Shown here piece by piece: positions 19,421 through 29,380 of a DNA stretch of 64,000 nt; positions within the stretch are counted from its first letter, which is position 1; each line of letters opens with the position of its first letter. The notes under the pieces are model-generated. The model ran no database searches. It was given only the letters and a program-made list of their open reading frames with translations, and had not been told where the DNA came from. This DNA comes from Allosphingosinicella sp. GTDB taxonomy: Bacteria > Pseudomonadota > Alphaproteobacteria > Sphingomonadales > Sphingomonadaceae. The stretch lies in the NCBI GenBank assembly GCA_036386495.1, contig DASVVP010000129.1:3464-67463 (forward strand), given 5' to 3'. Both the position numbers and the translations under genes were made by a program.

Positions 19421-21124
19421 ATGATCCTCCGTTACCTCTGGCCGGTCGTGGCCGCCCTTCTCGCGGGATGCGCCACCGCGCCGCGCGAAACGACCGCGCC
19501 TGCCCCGGCCCCGCAGCCGCAGATGTTCGTCACCGCCGCCAATCCGCTCGCCGCGGAGGCGGGGATGGCGGTGCTGAGGCGCGGTGGCAGCGCGATCGAC
19601 GCGGCGATAGCGGTCGAGGCGATGCTGTCGCTGGTCGAGCCGCAGAGCTCCGGCCTCGGCGGCGGCGCCTTCCTGACCCATTACGACGCGCGGACTCGAA
19701 ACGTCGCCGTCTATGACGGGCGCGAGACGGCGCCGGCGGGCGCGACCCCCGACATGTTCCTCGACGACAATGGCGATGCCCTGCCCTTCGCGCAGGCGGT
19801 CCTCAGCGGGCGCGCCACCGGCGTCCCCGGCGTGGTGCGCGCGTTCGAGCTCGCCCACCGCGAGCACGGCAGGCAGGCCTGGAGCAGCCTGTTCGCCGAT
19901 GCGGAGCGGACGGCGCGAGACGGGTTCGTCGTCAGCCCGCGCCTTGGGCGGATGATCGCCGGCAACTACCCTCAGAATGGCGCCCCCGACGTGCGCTCCT
20001 ATTTCTCGCGGCCCGACGGCACCTTGCTCCGGGCCGGCGACCGTTTGCGCAATCTTCCTTATGCCGCGTTCCTGCGGCGCCTCGCCGCCCGCGGCGCAGA
20101 CGCTCTGTATCGGGGCGCGACCGCCGAACGGATCGTCGCCCGCGTCCGCACCGGGCCGCTGCCCGGAGCGATGAGCCTCGACGACCTCGCCGGGTACCGC
20201 GCCGTCAAGCGCGAGCCCATCTGCCGGACCTACCGGGTGACCATGATCTGCGTGCCGCCGCCGCCGTCCAGCGGGGTCGGCCTGCTCCAGCTGCTGGCGA
20301 TCCTCGAGCGCACCGACATCGCCGCGCGCGGGCCCGGCGGTGCCCAGGCCTGGTTCCTGTTCGCCGAGGCGAGCCGGCTGATGTACGCCGACCGCGACCG
20401 TTATGTCGGCGACCCCGCCTTCGTCACCGTGCCGATCGCCGGCCTGCTGGACCCCGCTTATGTCGCCTCCCGGGCGCGCCTCATCGGCGCCACGGCCGGG
20501 TCGCCTCCGACGGCCGGCTCTCCCCCCGGTGCGCCGACGGCGGCCCGCGACGCAACGCTCGAGCCGGCCGGCACCACCCATTTCGTCGTGGGCGACGCGC
20601 GGGGCAACGTCGTCTCGGTCACGGCGACCGTCGAGTCGATTTTCGGCTCGGCGCGGATGGTCGACGGCTTCTTCCTCAACAACCAGATGACCGATTTCTC
20701 CTTCCAGCCGCGCGACGCGCAGGGGCGACCCGCGGCGAACGCGGTCGCACCCGGCAAGAGGCCGCGCTCGTCGATGACTCCCCTGATCATGCTGGGCGCG
20801 GACGGGCGCTTCGCCGGCGCGGTCGGCTCGCCCGGCGGCAATGCGATCCTCGCCTACGTCGCCAAGACCGTGGTGGGCGTGCTCGACTGGGGCCTGCCGA
20901 TGCAGGACGCGATCGCGCTCCCGAACCTCGTGGCCCGCGGCACCACCTTCACCGCCGAGATCGACCGACTCCCGCCTGCTTTGGTGGAGGCGCTGCGCGG
21001 CCGCGGCATCGCCGTCCAGGCGGGCGCAGGCGAGGCTTCCGGACTGCACGGAGTCTATCTCGGCCGAGGTCGCTTTGAGGGCGGGGCCGACCCGCGGCGC
21101 GAAGGCGTAGTGCTAGTGCGCTAG
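19421..21124 (+). CDS. ggt: Gamma-glutamyltransferase, lipoprotein
   Basis: Lipobox LAGC, EPQSSGLGGG, YDGRETAP, GTTHF nucleophile, PGKRPRSSM, DPRREG. Confidence 0.9.
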   Translation: MILRYLWPVVAALLAGCATAPRETTAPAPAPQPQMFVTAANPLAAEAGMAVLRRGGSAIDAAIAVEAMLSLVEPQSSGLGGGAFLTHYDARTRNVAVYDGRETAPAGATPDMFLDDNGDALPFAQAVLSGRATGVPGVVRAFELAHREHGRQAWSSLFADAERTARDGFVVSPRLGRMIAGNYPQNGAPDVRSYFSRPDGTLLRAGDRLRNLPYAAFLRRLAARGADALYRGATAERIVARVRTGPLPGAMSLDDLAGYRAVKREPICRTYRVTMICVPPPPSSGVGLLQLLAILERTDIAARGPGGAQAWFLFAEASRLMYADRDRYVGDPAFVTVPIAGLLDPAYVASRARLIGATAGSPPTAGSPPGAPTAARDATLEPAGTTHFVVGDARGNVVSVTATVESIFGSARMVDGFFLNNQMTDFSFQPRDAQGRPAANAVAPGKRPRSSMTPLIMLGADGRFAGAVGSPGGNAILAYVAKTVVGVLDWGLPMQDAIALPNLVARGTTFTAEIDRLPPALVEALRGRGIAVQAGAGEASGLHGVYLGRGRFEGGADPRREGVVLVR

Positions 21125-21322
21125 GCGTCGCCGGCCGAACAGCCGCAAGCGCCCGTTCCAGGCCTTTTCGTGGAAGAAGAAGGCGATGGCGTTGCAGCTG
21201 GGCTCGATCAGCGCGAAGCCGCCGGCGATCGAGACCGAGCCGGTGAGGAGATAGCCGACGGTGAAAGCGACCGTCAGGTGCACGGCGAGATAGGTGAAGG
21301 TCTTGATCAGGTCTCTCGACAT
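21113..21322 (-). CDS. DUF2061-like small membrane protein
   Basis: KTFTY..H..VAF.VGY.LTGS...ALIEP...FFHEKAW pattern. Confidence 0.75.
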   Translation of the reverse strand: MSRDLIKTFTYLAVHLTVAFTVGYLLTGSVSIAGGFALIEPSCNAIAFFFHEKAWNGRLRLFGRRRLAH

Positions 21323-21369
21323 CGCGCGTCTCCGCGGGCGAGAAAGGCTGCGGCTGCAATAGGTTCCGC

Positions 21370-22407
21370 TCAGCGGCCCTCGCTGCCGACCGCCTCGGCC
21401 ACCGTCGCGAAACCTTCGATTGCCGCGAGCCGCTTCAGCTCCGCGGCAATCCGCCCAGCCAGGCCCGGCCCCTCATAGACCAAAGCCGTATAGAGCTGGA
21501 CCAGGCTCGCCCCGGCGCGGATGCGCTGCCAGGCGTCGACCCCATTCTCGATCCCGCCGGCCGCGATCAGCGGCAGCCCGCCGCCGGTTGCACTTCGGAA
21601 GTCGCGCAATCGCTGGAGCGCGAGGGCCTTGAGCGGGGCTCCCGAAAGTCCTCCCGACTCGCCGCGGTGGCGCGAGACCAGGCGGGGACGGGCGAGAGTG
21701 GTGTTGCCGACGATCAGCCCGTCCACCCCCCGGTCGAGGCAAATGCGCGCGATTGCTTCCACTTCTTCCAGTTCGAGGTCGGGCGCGACCTTGAGGAAGA
21801 CCGGCGGGCCCCCTGCCGGCCGGGCCCCGAAGACCGCGGCGAGCAGCTCGTCCAGCGCGGCGGGGTCCTGGAGCCCGCGCAGGCCCGGCGTGTTCGGGGA
21901 GGAGACGTTGATCGCGAGATAGTCGGCGAGCGGCGCCATCGCCGCCACTCCCGCCGCATAGTCCGCGATCCGGTCGGCGCTGTCCCTGTTCGCGCCGACA
22001 TTGACGCCGACCATCCCGTGCCGCCTGCGTTTGGCGAGGCGCGCGGCCGCTGCCGCGAGCCCGGCATTGTTGAAGCCCATCCGGTTGATCACGCCCCGGT
22101 CTTCTTTGAGCCGGAACAGGCGCGGGCGGGGGTTGCCCGACTGCGGTCGCGGCGTGAGGCTGCCGACCTCGACGAAGCCGAAGCCGAAGCCGAGCATCTG
22201 CGCGAACACCTCCGCATCCTTGTCGAAACCGGCCGCGAGCCCCACCGGATTGGGGAAATCGAGCCCGGCGACGCGGACGGCGAGGACCGGATCCGGATCC
22301 GCTGGGAGGCCTGGCGGAAGCAGCTTCAGCGCGCGGATGGTCAGCCGGTGCGCCCGCTCGGCGTCGAGCGCGAAGGCAAGCGGACGGACGAGCGGGTAAA
22401 GGGCCAT
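21370..22407 (-). CDS. pyrD: Quinone-dependent dihydroorotate dehydrogenase
   Basis: GLAAGFDK, NRMGFNN, NVSSPNTPGLR, KVAPDL, GGLSG. Confidence 0.97.
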   Translation of the reverse strand: MALYPLVRPLAFALDAERAHRLTIRALKLLPPGLPADPDPVLAVRVAGLDFPNPVGLAAGFDKDAEVFAQMLGFGFGFVEVGSLTPRPQSGNPRPRLFRLKEDRGVINRMGFNNAGLAAAAARLAKRRRHGMVGVNVGANRDSADRIADYAAGVAAMAPLADYLAINVSSPNTPGLRGLQDPAALDELLAAVFGARPAGGPPVFLKVAPDLELEEVEAIARICLDRGVDGLIVGNTTLARPRLVSRHRGESGGLSGAPLKALALQRLRDFRSATGGGLPLIAAGGIENGVDAWQRIRAGASLVQLYTALVYEGPGLAGRIAAELKRLAAIEGFATVAEAVGSEGR

Positions 22408-22465
22408 CGGAGGGCGGCTATGGCACCGGAAGTTGCGCCAGCCAACTTTGACCGCGCGCGCGGTC

Positions 22466-22481
22466 GTAAGCCGCCGTTAAC
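22466..22481 (+). promoter_or_regulatory. CtrA-like binding site upstream of the PBP1A gene
   Basis: GTAA-N7-TTAAC, one mismatch from TTAA-N7-TTAAC. Confidence 0.5.
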
Positions 22482-22534
22482 CTCGATTGCTTCTTCTTGT
22501 CGCCATGACTCGCGCGCCCTATCGGTAGCGGCCC

Positions 22535-24613
22535 ATGGCCAGCACCGCCCCGTCCCCCGTCCGGCGCTATCTCGTCACCGGCTTCAAGGTGGCGGTCTAT
22601 ACCCTGCTTGCGGCGACGGTGGCGCTGGTGGTCGCGGTCGCGGTCGCGGTCAGCCAGCTTCCCTCCTACCAGGAGCTGGTCCGGCGCGACGATCTCGGCC
22701 AGATGATCCGGGTGCGCGCCGCCGACAATTCGGTGATCATGGCGATGGGGCCGAGCTTCGGCGAATGGCTCCCCTACGATCGCATTCCGCCGATCATGCG
22801 CGAGGCGATGATCGCGGTGGAGGACCGGCGTTTCCGCTCGCATCCGGGCATCGACCCGCTCGGCATGGCCCGCGCCGCCACCGTCCGCGCCTCGAGCGGC
22901 CGCTGGACCCAGGGCGGCTCGACCATCACCCAGCAACTCGCGCGCAACATCTTCCTCGACAATTCGCGGACCTGGGGCCGCAAGATCCGCGAGGGGATCC
23001 TGGCGCTGGCGCTGGAATGGAGCTTCTCGAAGGACCAGCTCCTCGAGCTCTACCTCAACCGGGTCTATTTCGGCGGCGGCGCCTACGGCATCGACGCCGC
23101 CTCGCGCCGCTTCTTCGGCCATCCCGCGAGCCAGCTCAGCATCGCGGAAGCGGCGATCATCGCCGGCCTGGTCAAGGCCCCCTCAAACTATTCGCCCACC
23201 GCGGACGCCGAGGCGGCCCGGTCGCGCGCGGGCGTCGTCATCACCCTCATGCTGGAGAATGGAACGATCACCCCGGCGCAGGCGGCGTCGGCCGATCCGC
23301 GCCAGGTCCGGCTCGTCCCCAATCCCGAGCGCCAGGACATCGCCCGCTACTTCACCGACTGGGCCCTGCCGCAGCTCGACATGCTGATCGACGAGACGGT
23401 GCAGCCGATCGACGTCTGGACGACGCTCGACCCGAACCTGCAGCGCGCCGGCCATGCCGCGATCAACGCCAACGCGCCGCGCGGCGCCCAGGGCGCCCTC
23501 GTCTCCCTCGACCGCGACGGCGCGGTGCGGGCGCTGATCGGCGGCCGTGACTATTCGAGCTCCAGCTACAATCGCGCGACGCAGGCCAATCGGCAGCCGG
23601 GATCCTCGTTCAAGCTGTTCGTCTACCTGGCGGCGCTGGAATCGGGCTACACACCCGCCTCGACCGTCCAGGACGCGCCATTGACCATCGCCGGCTGGAG
23701 CCCGCGCAACGACAGCGGCCGCTATTCGGGCGCGGTCAACCTCAGGCAGGCGCTCGCTTTCTCGATCAACACCGTGGCCGTGCGCCTCGCCCAGGACGTC
23801 GGAACCCGCACCGTCGCGGATATGGCCCAGCGCTTCGGGATTACGACGCGGGTCAACACCAACCCGTCGATGGCGCTCGGCACGTCCGAGGTCCGGCTGA
23901 TCGACATGACCCGCGCCTACGCCTCGGTCGCGTCGGGCGGAACGGCGGTGATGCCCTACGGCATCCGCCGCGTCACGACCGCCGACGGGACCCTGCTCTA
24001 CCAGCACCAGAACGACCAGAACCGGGTGCTGGTCGCGCCCTGGGTGGCGGCCCAGATGACCGACCTGCTCCAGGGCGTCGTGCTTCACGGTACCGGTCGC
24101 AACGCCAATCTCGGCCGGCCGACGGCCGGGAAGACTGGCACCACCACCTCCAACAAGGACGGCTGGTTCCTCGGATTCTCGAGCGGGATCACCACGGGGG
24201 TCTGGATGGGCCGCGACGATAGCCGGCCGGTGGCGGGCCTCGCCGGCGGCCGTGCCCCTGCCCAGGCCTTCCATGACTTCATGGTGCGCGCCGTCGCCCG
24301 CCGGCCCGTCGAGAACCTCGTCACCAACGTGGCCGCACCCGACTGGCAGCAGGAGCCGGACAATGCCCAATGGTCGCCGGTGCTTCCCGGAGACGAGCCC
24401 CTGGTCGATGCCGAGGGCAATCCGATCGAGCCGGGCGGACCGGGTCCAGTCGAGGAGCCGCAGCGCGACGACGCCGACCGGCCGCGGCCGCAGCCCACCG
24501 AGGACGAATTGGACCGTCAGTGGCTCGACCGCGCGCTCGACCGCCGCGGCGCACCGCCCGAGCGCGACCCGCCGCCTCCGCCCCCACCGGACATCGACAA
24601 ACCCGAGGGCTAG
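22535..24613 (+). CDS. Class A penicillin-binding protein (PBP1A family)
   Basis: EDRRF, GGSTITQQLARN, RQPGSSFK (SxxK), SIN, GKTGTT. Confidence 0.95.
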   Translation: MASTAPSPVRRYLVTGFKVAVYTLLAATVALVVAVAVAVSQLPSYQELVRRDDLGQMIRVRAADNSVIMAMGPSFGEWLPYDRIPPIMREAMIAVEDRRFRSHPGIDPLGMARAATVRASSGRWTQGGSTITQQLARNIFLDNSRTWGRKIREGILALALEWSFSKDQLLELYLNRVYFGGGAYGIDAASRRFFGHPASQLSIAEAAIIAGLVKAPSNYSPTADAEAARSRAGVVITLMLENGTITPAQAASADPRQVRLVPNPERQDIARYFTDWALPQLDMLIDETVQPIDVWTTLDPNLQRAGHAAINANAPRGAQGALVSLDRDGAVRALIGGRDYSSSSYNRATQANRQPGSSFKLFVYLAALESGYTPASTVQDAPLTIAGWSPRNDSGRYSGAVNLRQALAFSINTVAVRLAQDVGTRTVADMAQRFGITTRVNTNPSMALGTSEVRLIDMTRAYASVASGGTAVMPYGIRRVTTADGTLLYQHQNDQNRVLVAPWVAAQMTDLLQGVVLHGTGRNANLGRPTAGKTGTTTSNKDGWFLGFSSGITTGVWMGRDDSRPVAGLAGGRAPAQAFHDFMVRAVARRPVENLVTNVAAPDWQQEPDNAQWSPVLPGDEPLVDAEGNPIEPGGPGPVEEPQRDDADRPRPQPTEDELDRQWLDRALDRRGAPPERDPPPPPPPDIDKPEG

Positions 24614-25305
24614 CTCCGTCCGATCCTGTGCAGGCCCGCCCCTTCGCGCCGCAGCCACAGCCGGGCCGGACGCGGATCCTCGCCGAGCAGCTCCGCCACC
24701 AGAGCGTGGAAGGCGGGGGCGTGGTTCATGTGGACCAGATGGGCGACTTCGTGGGCCACCGTAGCGCGGCGGACGAATTCGGGGGCCAGGATCAGGCGCC
24801 AGCTGTAGCGGATCGCGCCCGATGCGGAGCAGCTCCCCCAGCGCGACAGCGGGTCCCCGACCGCGATCCGGCCCGGCGCCTTGCCGGCGCGCGCGGCGAA
24901 GAAGCGCGTCTCCTCGGCGAGCAGCTCGCGCGCATGGGCCTTCAGCCAGCGCAGGATACGCGCCTCCAGCCCCGCGGCGGGGCCGCCGACGATCAGGCGC
25001 CCTTCCTGCACCTCGACGCGGCGGGGCCGCTTCGGGTCCCAGTCGACGAGATGGGGTCGGCCGTAGAGGGGCAGCGAGGCGCCAGGCCCGACGCCGACGG
25101 GGGGCCGCACCTCGGCGAGCGCCCGCTCGATCCACTGGCGCTGCCCGGCGGCCCAGTCGAGCGCGCGTCGCTCCGAGCAGCGGCGCGGGATGGTGAGCAG
25201 GAGCGTGCCGGTGCGCTGGTCGACGCGCAGCCGCATGGACTTGGCGCGAGGACTCGTCCTCAGCGTCAGCGGCGTGCCGCAGGGCAGGCGAAGCTCAGAG
25301 CTCAC
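24610..25305 (-). CDS. YgjP/DUF45 (SprT-like) zinc metalloprotease
   Basis: [20 protein letters not shown]. Confidence 0.88.
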   Translation of the reverse strand: MSSELRLPCGTPLTLRTSPRAKSMRLRVDQRTGTLLLTIPRRCSERRALDWAAGQRQWIERALAEVRPPVGVGPGASLPLYGRPHLVDWDPKRPRRVEVQEGRLIVGGPAAGLEARILRWLKAHARELLAEETRFFAARAGKAPGRIAVGDPLSRWGSCSASGAIRYSWRLILAPEFVRRATVAHEVAHLVHMNHAPAFHALVAELLGEDPRPARLWLRREGAGLHRIGRS

Positions 25306-25732
25306 GGTCGACCAGATGATGTTCCAGATCGCCGGCCTGGTCCTCCGAGACGGTCCAGCCGCGCACCGACATTCCCGCCTTGTGGACCGACTCCGGATCG
25401 CCGGTGCGCAGGGGATGCCATTTGGGAAGCGGCTTTCCCTCGGCGCGCAGGCGATAGGCGCATGTTCCGGGCAGCCATTGATAGCGGTCGACGGTGCCGG
25501 CGGTAAGGCGGACGCAGTCCGGGACGAAGGCGCGGCGCGTGCGATAGCTCGAGCAGCGACAGCTCACGCGGTCGAGCAGGCGGCAGGCGACGTTGGTCGG
25601 ATGGATCTCCCCCGTGACCTCGTCCTCGATCTTGTGCAGACAGCATTTGCCGCAGCCGTCGCACAAAGCCTCCCACTCGCCGCGGTCGAGCGCCTCGAGC
25701 GGCTTCTCCCAGAAAGGCGTCTCGTCGTTCAT
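25295..25732 (-). CDS. YcgN family cysteine-cluster protein
   Basis: [25 protein letters not shown]. Confidence 0.92.
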   Translation of the reverse strand: MNDETPFWEKPLEALDRGEWEALCDGCGKCCLHKIEDEVTGEIHPTNVACRLLDRVSCRCSSYRTRRAFVPDCVRLTAGTVDRYQWLPGTCAYRLRAEGKPLPKWHPLRTGDPESVHKAGMSVRGWTVSEDQAGDLEHHLVDREL

Positions 25733-26319
25733 CGCACCCAGCGCTCCAGGGCGGCGAGCACGCCGGCCGGCCCCTGGTCGTGCGGCAGGATGACGATCGG
25801 CTGGCCCTCCGGCCCGTAGAGGACGGCGATGCGGTTGTGGTCGACGAGATAATCGCGGCTGCCCGGCTGCGGGTCGCGCGCGTCGTAATAAACGCCGTGG
25901 GCGCGGGCGACGCGGCCGATCTCCTCGGGCGAGCCGGTGAGGGCGATCAGGCGCGGGTGAAAGGCGCTTGCGAAGCGGCGCAGCACCTCGGGCGTGTCGC
26001 GTGCCGGATCGGTGGTGATGAAGACCGGCTGGACCCGCGCCGCGCGCGCGGGGTCGCTCTGCTCGAACTGGCGCAAGGCGGCGGTGATCAGCTGCAGGTC
26101 GACCGGGCAGACGTCCGGGCAGAAGGTGTAGCCGAAATAGACGATGCGATACTTGCCGGCGAGCTGCCCGCTGCTCACCCGCCGCCCGTTCTGGTCGGTG
26201 AGCGCGAACGGGCCGCCCATGCGGGCGCCATCGAGCGGCGGCGGCTCCTGCCGGCACGCGGCGAGGCCGAGGGAGGCGAGAAGGGCGAAGCAAAGCGTAA
26301 GGAAGCGCCGATCGTTCAT
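25729..26319 (-). CDS. SCO1/SenC family copper chaperone lipoprotein
   Basis: Lipobox [21 protein letters not shown]. Confidence 0.92.
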   Translation of the reverse strand: MNDRRFLTLCFALLASLGLAACRQEPPPLDGARMGGPFALTDQNGRRVSSGQLAGKYRIVYFGYTFCPDVCPVDLQLITAALRQFEQSDPARAARVQPVFITTDPARDTPEVLRRFASAFHPRLIALTGSPEEIGRVARAHGVYYDARDPQPGSRDYLVDHNRIAVLYGPEGQPIVILPHDQGPAGVLAALERWVR

Positions 26320-26378
26320 GGCGCGGCCAGCCTTGCTTTGCTAAGGGGCTGCGATCAAGCCGAATAGCGGGGTGACAA

Positions 26379-26972
26379 GTGGATAGGACGAAGCGGCGCA
26401 TTTTGCTCGCGGCATTGCTCGCCGTGATAGCGGTGCCGGCACTCGCGCAATATTCCGAGAGCTACAATTTCCTGAAGGCGATTCGCGAGCGCGACGGCAA
26501 CAAGGTGACGGAGATCGTCTCCAACCCGTCCTCGACCGCGATCAACAGCCGCGACCGGAGCAGCGGCGAAGGGGCGCTGCACATTCTCGCGCGCGGCCGC
26601 GACCATGTCTGGCTGAACTTCCTGCTCGCCAACGGCGCCCGCGTGGACCTTCAGGACAATCAGGGCAACACCGCTTTGATGGCCGCCGCCCAGATCGGCT
26701 GGATCGACGGCGCCGAACTGCTCCTCAACCGCGGCGCCGGCGTCAACCAGCAGAACAATCGCGGCGAGACTCCCCTGATCCTCGCCGTCCAGCGGCGCGA
26801 CATCGCCATGGTCAGGCTGTTGCTCGGGCGCGGCGCCGATCCCAATCACACCGACAGCGCCGCCGGCTATTCGGCCCTCGATTACGCCCGCCGCGACCAC
26901 CGGGCCGCTCCCATCCTGCGCCTGCTCCAGGCACCGCGCCAGGCGCAGCCGACCTACGGGCCGGCCCGCTAG
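26379..26972 (+). CDS. Exported ankyrin-repeat protein
   Basis: Signal peptide; [27 protein letters not shown] repeats. Confidence 0.88.
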   Translation: MDRTKRRILLAALLAVIAVPALAQYSESYNFLKAIRERDGNKVTEIVSNPSSTAINSRDRSSGEGALHILARGRDHVWLNFLLANGARVDLQDNQGNTALMAAAQIGWIDGAELLLNRGAGVNQQNNRGETPLILAVQRRDIAMVRLLLGRGADPNHTDSAAGYSALDYARRDHRAAPILRLLQAPRQAQPTYGPAR

Positions 26973-27052
26973 GGTCCGTACTCAATACCGGCAATGGTCG
27001 GGATTGTCCGGAGGGGCGGGCGGCTTTTGCCGATATTGAGTACGGACCCTAG
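26969..27052. mobile_element. 84-bp MITE-like element with 26-bp terminal inverted repeats ending in CTAG
   Basis: CTAGGGTCCGTACTCAATACCGGCAA (26969-26994) vs TTGCCGATATTGAGTACGGACCCTAG (27027-27052), 25/26 complementary. Confidence 0.65.
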
Positions 27053-27540
27053 GCGAAGCCCGCCAGGCTGGGATCGAGATCGCCGACCAGCCGTCGCGCG
27101 GCGCGGCGGGCGAAGCGCAGCGTCTCGGCCTTCCGCCGCGCCGGAGCGAGGCTGCGCAGCGGCGCCTCGCGGACGACCGCGGCATCGTAGCGGTCGGCGA
27201 CGATCAGCCCGCAATGATCGGCGCCGCGCTCCCCGCCCTCGAAATGGTCCAGGGGGAAGCCGGCGGGCACCGCCCAATAGAAGCGGTCGCAATAGCCGAG
27301 ATAGTCCGGCCACTTGTGATCGCCGAGCAGATCGGCGCGGGAGACCTTGATCTCGACGATGGTGAGCATGCCCTTGGGGCAGATCGCGACCATGTCGGCC
27401 CGCCGCCCGTTCGGCAAAGGCACCTCGCAGAGGGCGAACAGGTCTTGCCGGAAGAACAGCCGGGTGACCCCGCGCGTGACGTCTTGCGCGAGCAGCGGCG
27501 AATCGGAGAAGCAGGCGGGCGAGTCGCTGAGCGTGGCCAT
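27049..27540 (-). CDS. mmcB: MmcB family DNA-repair endonuclease
   Basis: EVPLPNGRRAD, IVEIKVSRADLLGDHKWPDY, LIVADRYDA. Confidence 0.9.
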   Translation of the reverse strand: MATLSDSPACFSDSPLLAQDVTRGVTRLFFRQDLFALCEVPLPNGRRADMVAICPKGMLTIVEIKVSRADLLGDHKWPDYLGYCDRFYWAVPAGFPLDHFEGGERGADHCGLIVADRYDAAVVREAPLRSLAPARRKAETLRFARRAARRLVGDLDPSLAGFA

Positions 27541-27546
27541 CCGGCC

Positions 27547-27576
27547 AGACTAGAACGGGTCGGGAACGGGGGGCAA
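27547..27576 (-). promoter_or_regulatory. mmcB promoter with alphaproteobacterial LexA (SOS) box
   Basis: GTTC-N7-GTTC on the minus strand (GAAC 27553-27556 and 27564-27567) between TTGCCC (-35) and TAGTCT (-10). Confidence 0.8.
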
Positions 27577-27617
27577 GGCCGCGACTCGCGGAAATTCGTC
27601 GCTATCGGCGCACTTCG

Positions 27618-27728
27618 CGTCGTCCCGGCGAAGGCGGGGGACCTCAGGACCAGACGCGGACGCAAGTGCCGCGCTCCAATTGAGCGGAGCTAGTTCTCGC
27701 TGAGATCCCGGCCTTCGCCGGGATGACG
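27618..27728. repeat. Alphaproteobacterial REP-doublet element (CGTCRTCCCGGCGAAGGC-type)
   Basis: CGTCGTCCCGGCGAAGGCGGGGGACCTCAG ... CTGAGATCCCGGCCTTCGCCGGGATGACG in inverted orientation. Confidence 0.8.
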
Positions 27729-27749
27729 GTTTGGGTCGATGCGCCTTGC

Positions 27750-28418
27750 CTACCGATAGAAGACGTGGTTGCCGACGGCGGCGAGGCGCTGGAGGCGCCA
27801 GCGCGGCGAGACGTAACGCGCGTGGAAGAACAAAGCGGTCGAAACCGGGCTGTCGGCGACGTCGTCGAGCGCGATATGGGCGATGGCGACGGCGTTGCGC
27901 CAGCCCTGGCTCGATTGCGGCGGTGTCGGGATGCGGCCGCCGCGGACGAAAGAGAATTGGCTGCGCTGGGTGATCACGCCGCACAGGGTCGAGGCGAAGC
28001 GTCCCGAGCGGGCGCGGTTGATGATCACTTCGGCGACCGCGAGCTGGCCGGCGAGCGGCTCGCCGTTCGATTCCCAATAGACGGCGCTGGCGAGGCATTC
28101 GGCCTGGCGGTCGCGCGGCGCGACGCCGGAATATTCGCCGACGAGCTGGTCGAGGGGGCGGCTGCGGTCGGCGAGCGGCGCCGGGGTCTCGTCCTTGAGG
28201 GTTTCGGGAAGGACCGTCTCGGGAACGATCATACCGCCACCGGGGGCGCGGAGGATCTCGGCGGCAGCCGGCTCGGCGATGGCGCGGCTGACCACATCCT
28301 CGAGACTCTCCATGCCGGGAGCGGCCCCGGTTTCCGCGCCGAGCGCTGGGCCGGCGGCTGCGGCTGCGAGGATCAAGGCGAGCGCGGCCCTGCGGGCGGC
28401 GCGGACGAATTCGGTCAT
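27750..28418 (-). CDS. Cell wall hydrolase (SleB / Hydrolase_2 family)
   Basis: CLASAVYWESNGEP.AGQLAVAEV..NR, QFSF, LFFHA, GNHVFYR. Confidence 0.9.
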   Translation of the reverse strand: MTEFVRAARRAALALILAAAAAGPALGAETGAAPGMESLEDVVSRAIAEPAAAEILRAPGGGMIVPETVLPETLKDETPAPLADRSRPLDQLVGEYSGVAPRDRQAECLASAVYWESNGEPLAGQLAVAEVIINRARSGRFASTLCGVITQRSQFSFVRGGRIPTPPQSSQGWRNAVAIAHIALDDVADSPVSTALFFHARYVSPRWRLQRLAAVGNHVFYR

Positions 28419-28564
28419 CTAAACTCTAATCATGGCGGTCGGCTCTCGAGGTGCACCCGAAAGCGCCCTCGATTCGCCGCCCGACTTGCGCGGCCGCATT
28501 CAGATTTTCGGCGGCCCCCCGCTCTTGCAGAAAACTCGTGGCACCGGGCTAGGGGCCGGTCCGG

Positions 28565-28579
28565 TTAACGGTCAACTAA
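28565..28579. promoter_or_regulatory. CtrA-like site upstream of the cell wall hydrolase gene
   Basis: TTAA-N7-CTAA (minus strand TTAG-N7-TTAAC). Confidence 0.45.
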
Positions 28580-28913
28580 GGCCGGCCATTTCGTCGGCGA
28601 ACCGTTCGGCTGACGGGACGTCCAGTTCGATCAGCCAGAGATCGGGGTCGAAATGCCGCCGCCTTTCCAGGAACTTTTCGAACTCTGCGTCGTTGCCGGC
28701 CGCCCGATTCCCGACCTCCTGCCAGCGATACCGTCCGTCGCCCTGAACGGCCCGCTCGAGGATCTTCCTGCGCGCGCCGCGCTCGATCAGGACCACGGTG
28801 ACGGCGCCGGCATTGTCGTCGCCTTTGGCGAGCACCGCGCCGAAGCCGCCGTCGCGCTGGGCCAGCCGCAACAGAGCGTGGACCAGCACCGAGCTGGCGA
28901 GCCGGGCCTCCAT
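28572..28913 (-). CDS. DUF1491 family protein
   Basis: VLAKGD..AGA, RRRHFDPDLWLIELD. Confidence 0.85.
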   Translation of the reverse strand: MEARLASSVLVHALLRLAQRDGGFGAVLAKGDDNAGAVTVVLIERGARRKILERAVQGDGRYRWQEVGNRAAGNDAEFEKFLERRRHFDPDLWLIELDVPSAERFADEMAGLS

Positions 28914-29380
28914 CAGCCGGCGGAATATCCGGCGAGGCTGGCGAGCGGGATGTGCGAGCGCATGAAGGTGCCGGTGCCGCGCGCTGCTTCCTCGCCCGCC
29001 GCGTCGATCAGGCGCGCTTCGCCGACGAACACTCGCCGGCGTCCGCTCACCCACCGGCCCTCCGCCGTGACCGGCCCGGCCTTGAGCGGACGAGTGAAGT
29101 TGAGGTTGAAGGCGGTGGTGAGAAGGAAGCGGTCCGAGACCATCGCGTTGCAGGCGTAGAATGCCGCATCGTCCATCATCTTGAAATAGAGCGTGCCGTG
29201 GGCCGCGCCGGCGGCGTGATAGTGACTCTCCTCGACCTCGAAGCGGATCCGCGCGAAGCCCTGCTTGGGAATCTCGATGGTCGAGCGGAACAGCCCGTTG
29301 ATCGCGGCCGCCCGATAGAGCGATTCGAGGGCCCGCAGATGCGCGCCGACACCCCCGCCGGCCTGCGACTCAGGCGGCAT
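28913..29380 (-). CDS. PaaI family thioesterase
   Basis: HAAGAAHGTLYFKMMDDAAFYA hotdog-fold motif. Confidence 0.85.
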   Translation of the reverse strand: MPPESQAGGGVGAHLRALESLYRAAAINGLFRSTIEIPKQGFARIRFEVEESHYHAAGAAHGTLYFKMMDDAAFYACNAMVSDRFLLTTAFNLNFTRPLKAGPVTAEGRWVSGRRRVFVGEARLIDAAGEEAARGTGTFMRSHIPLASLAGYSAG

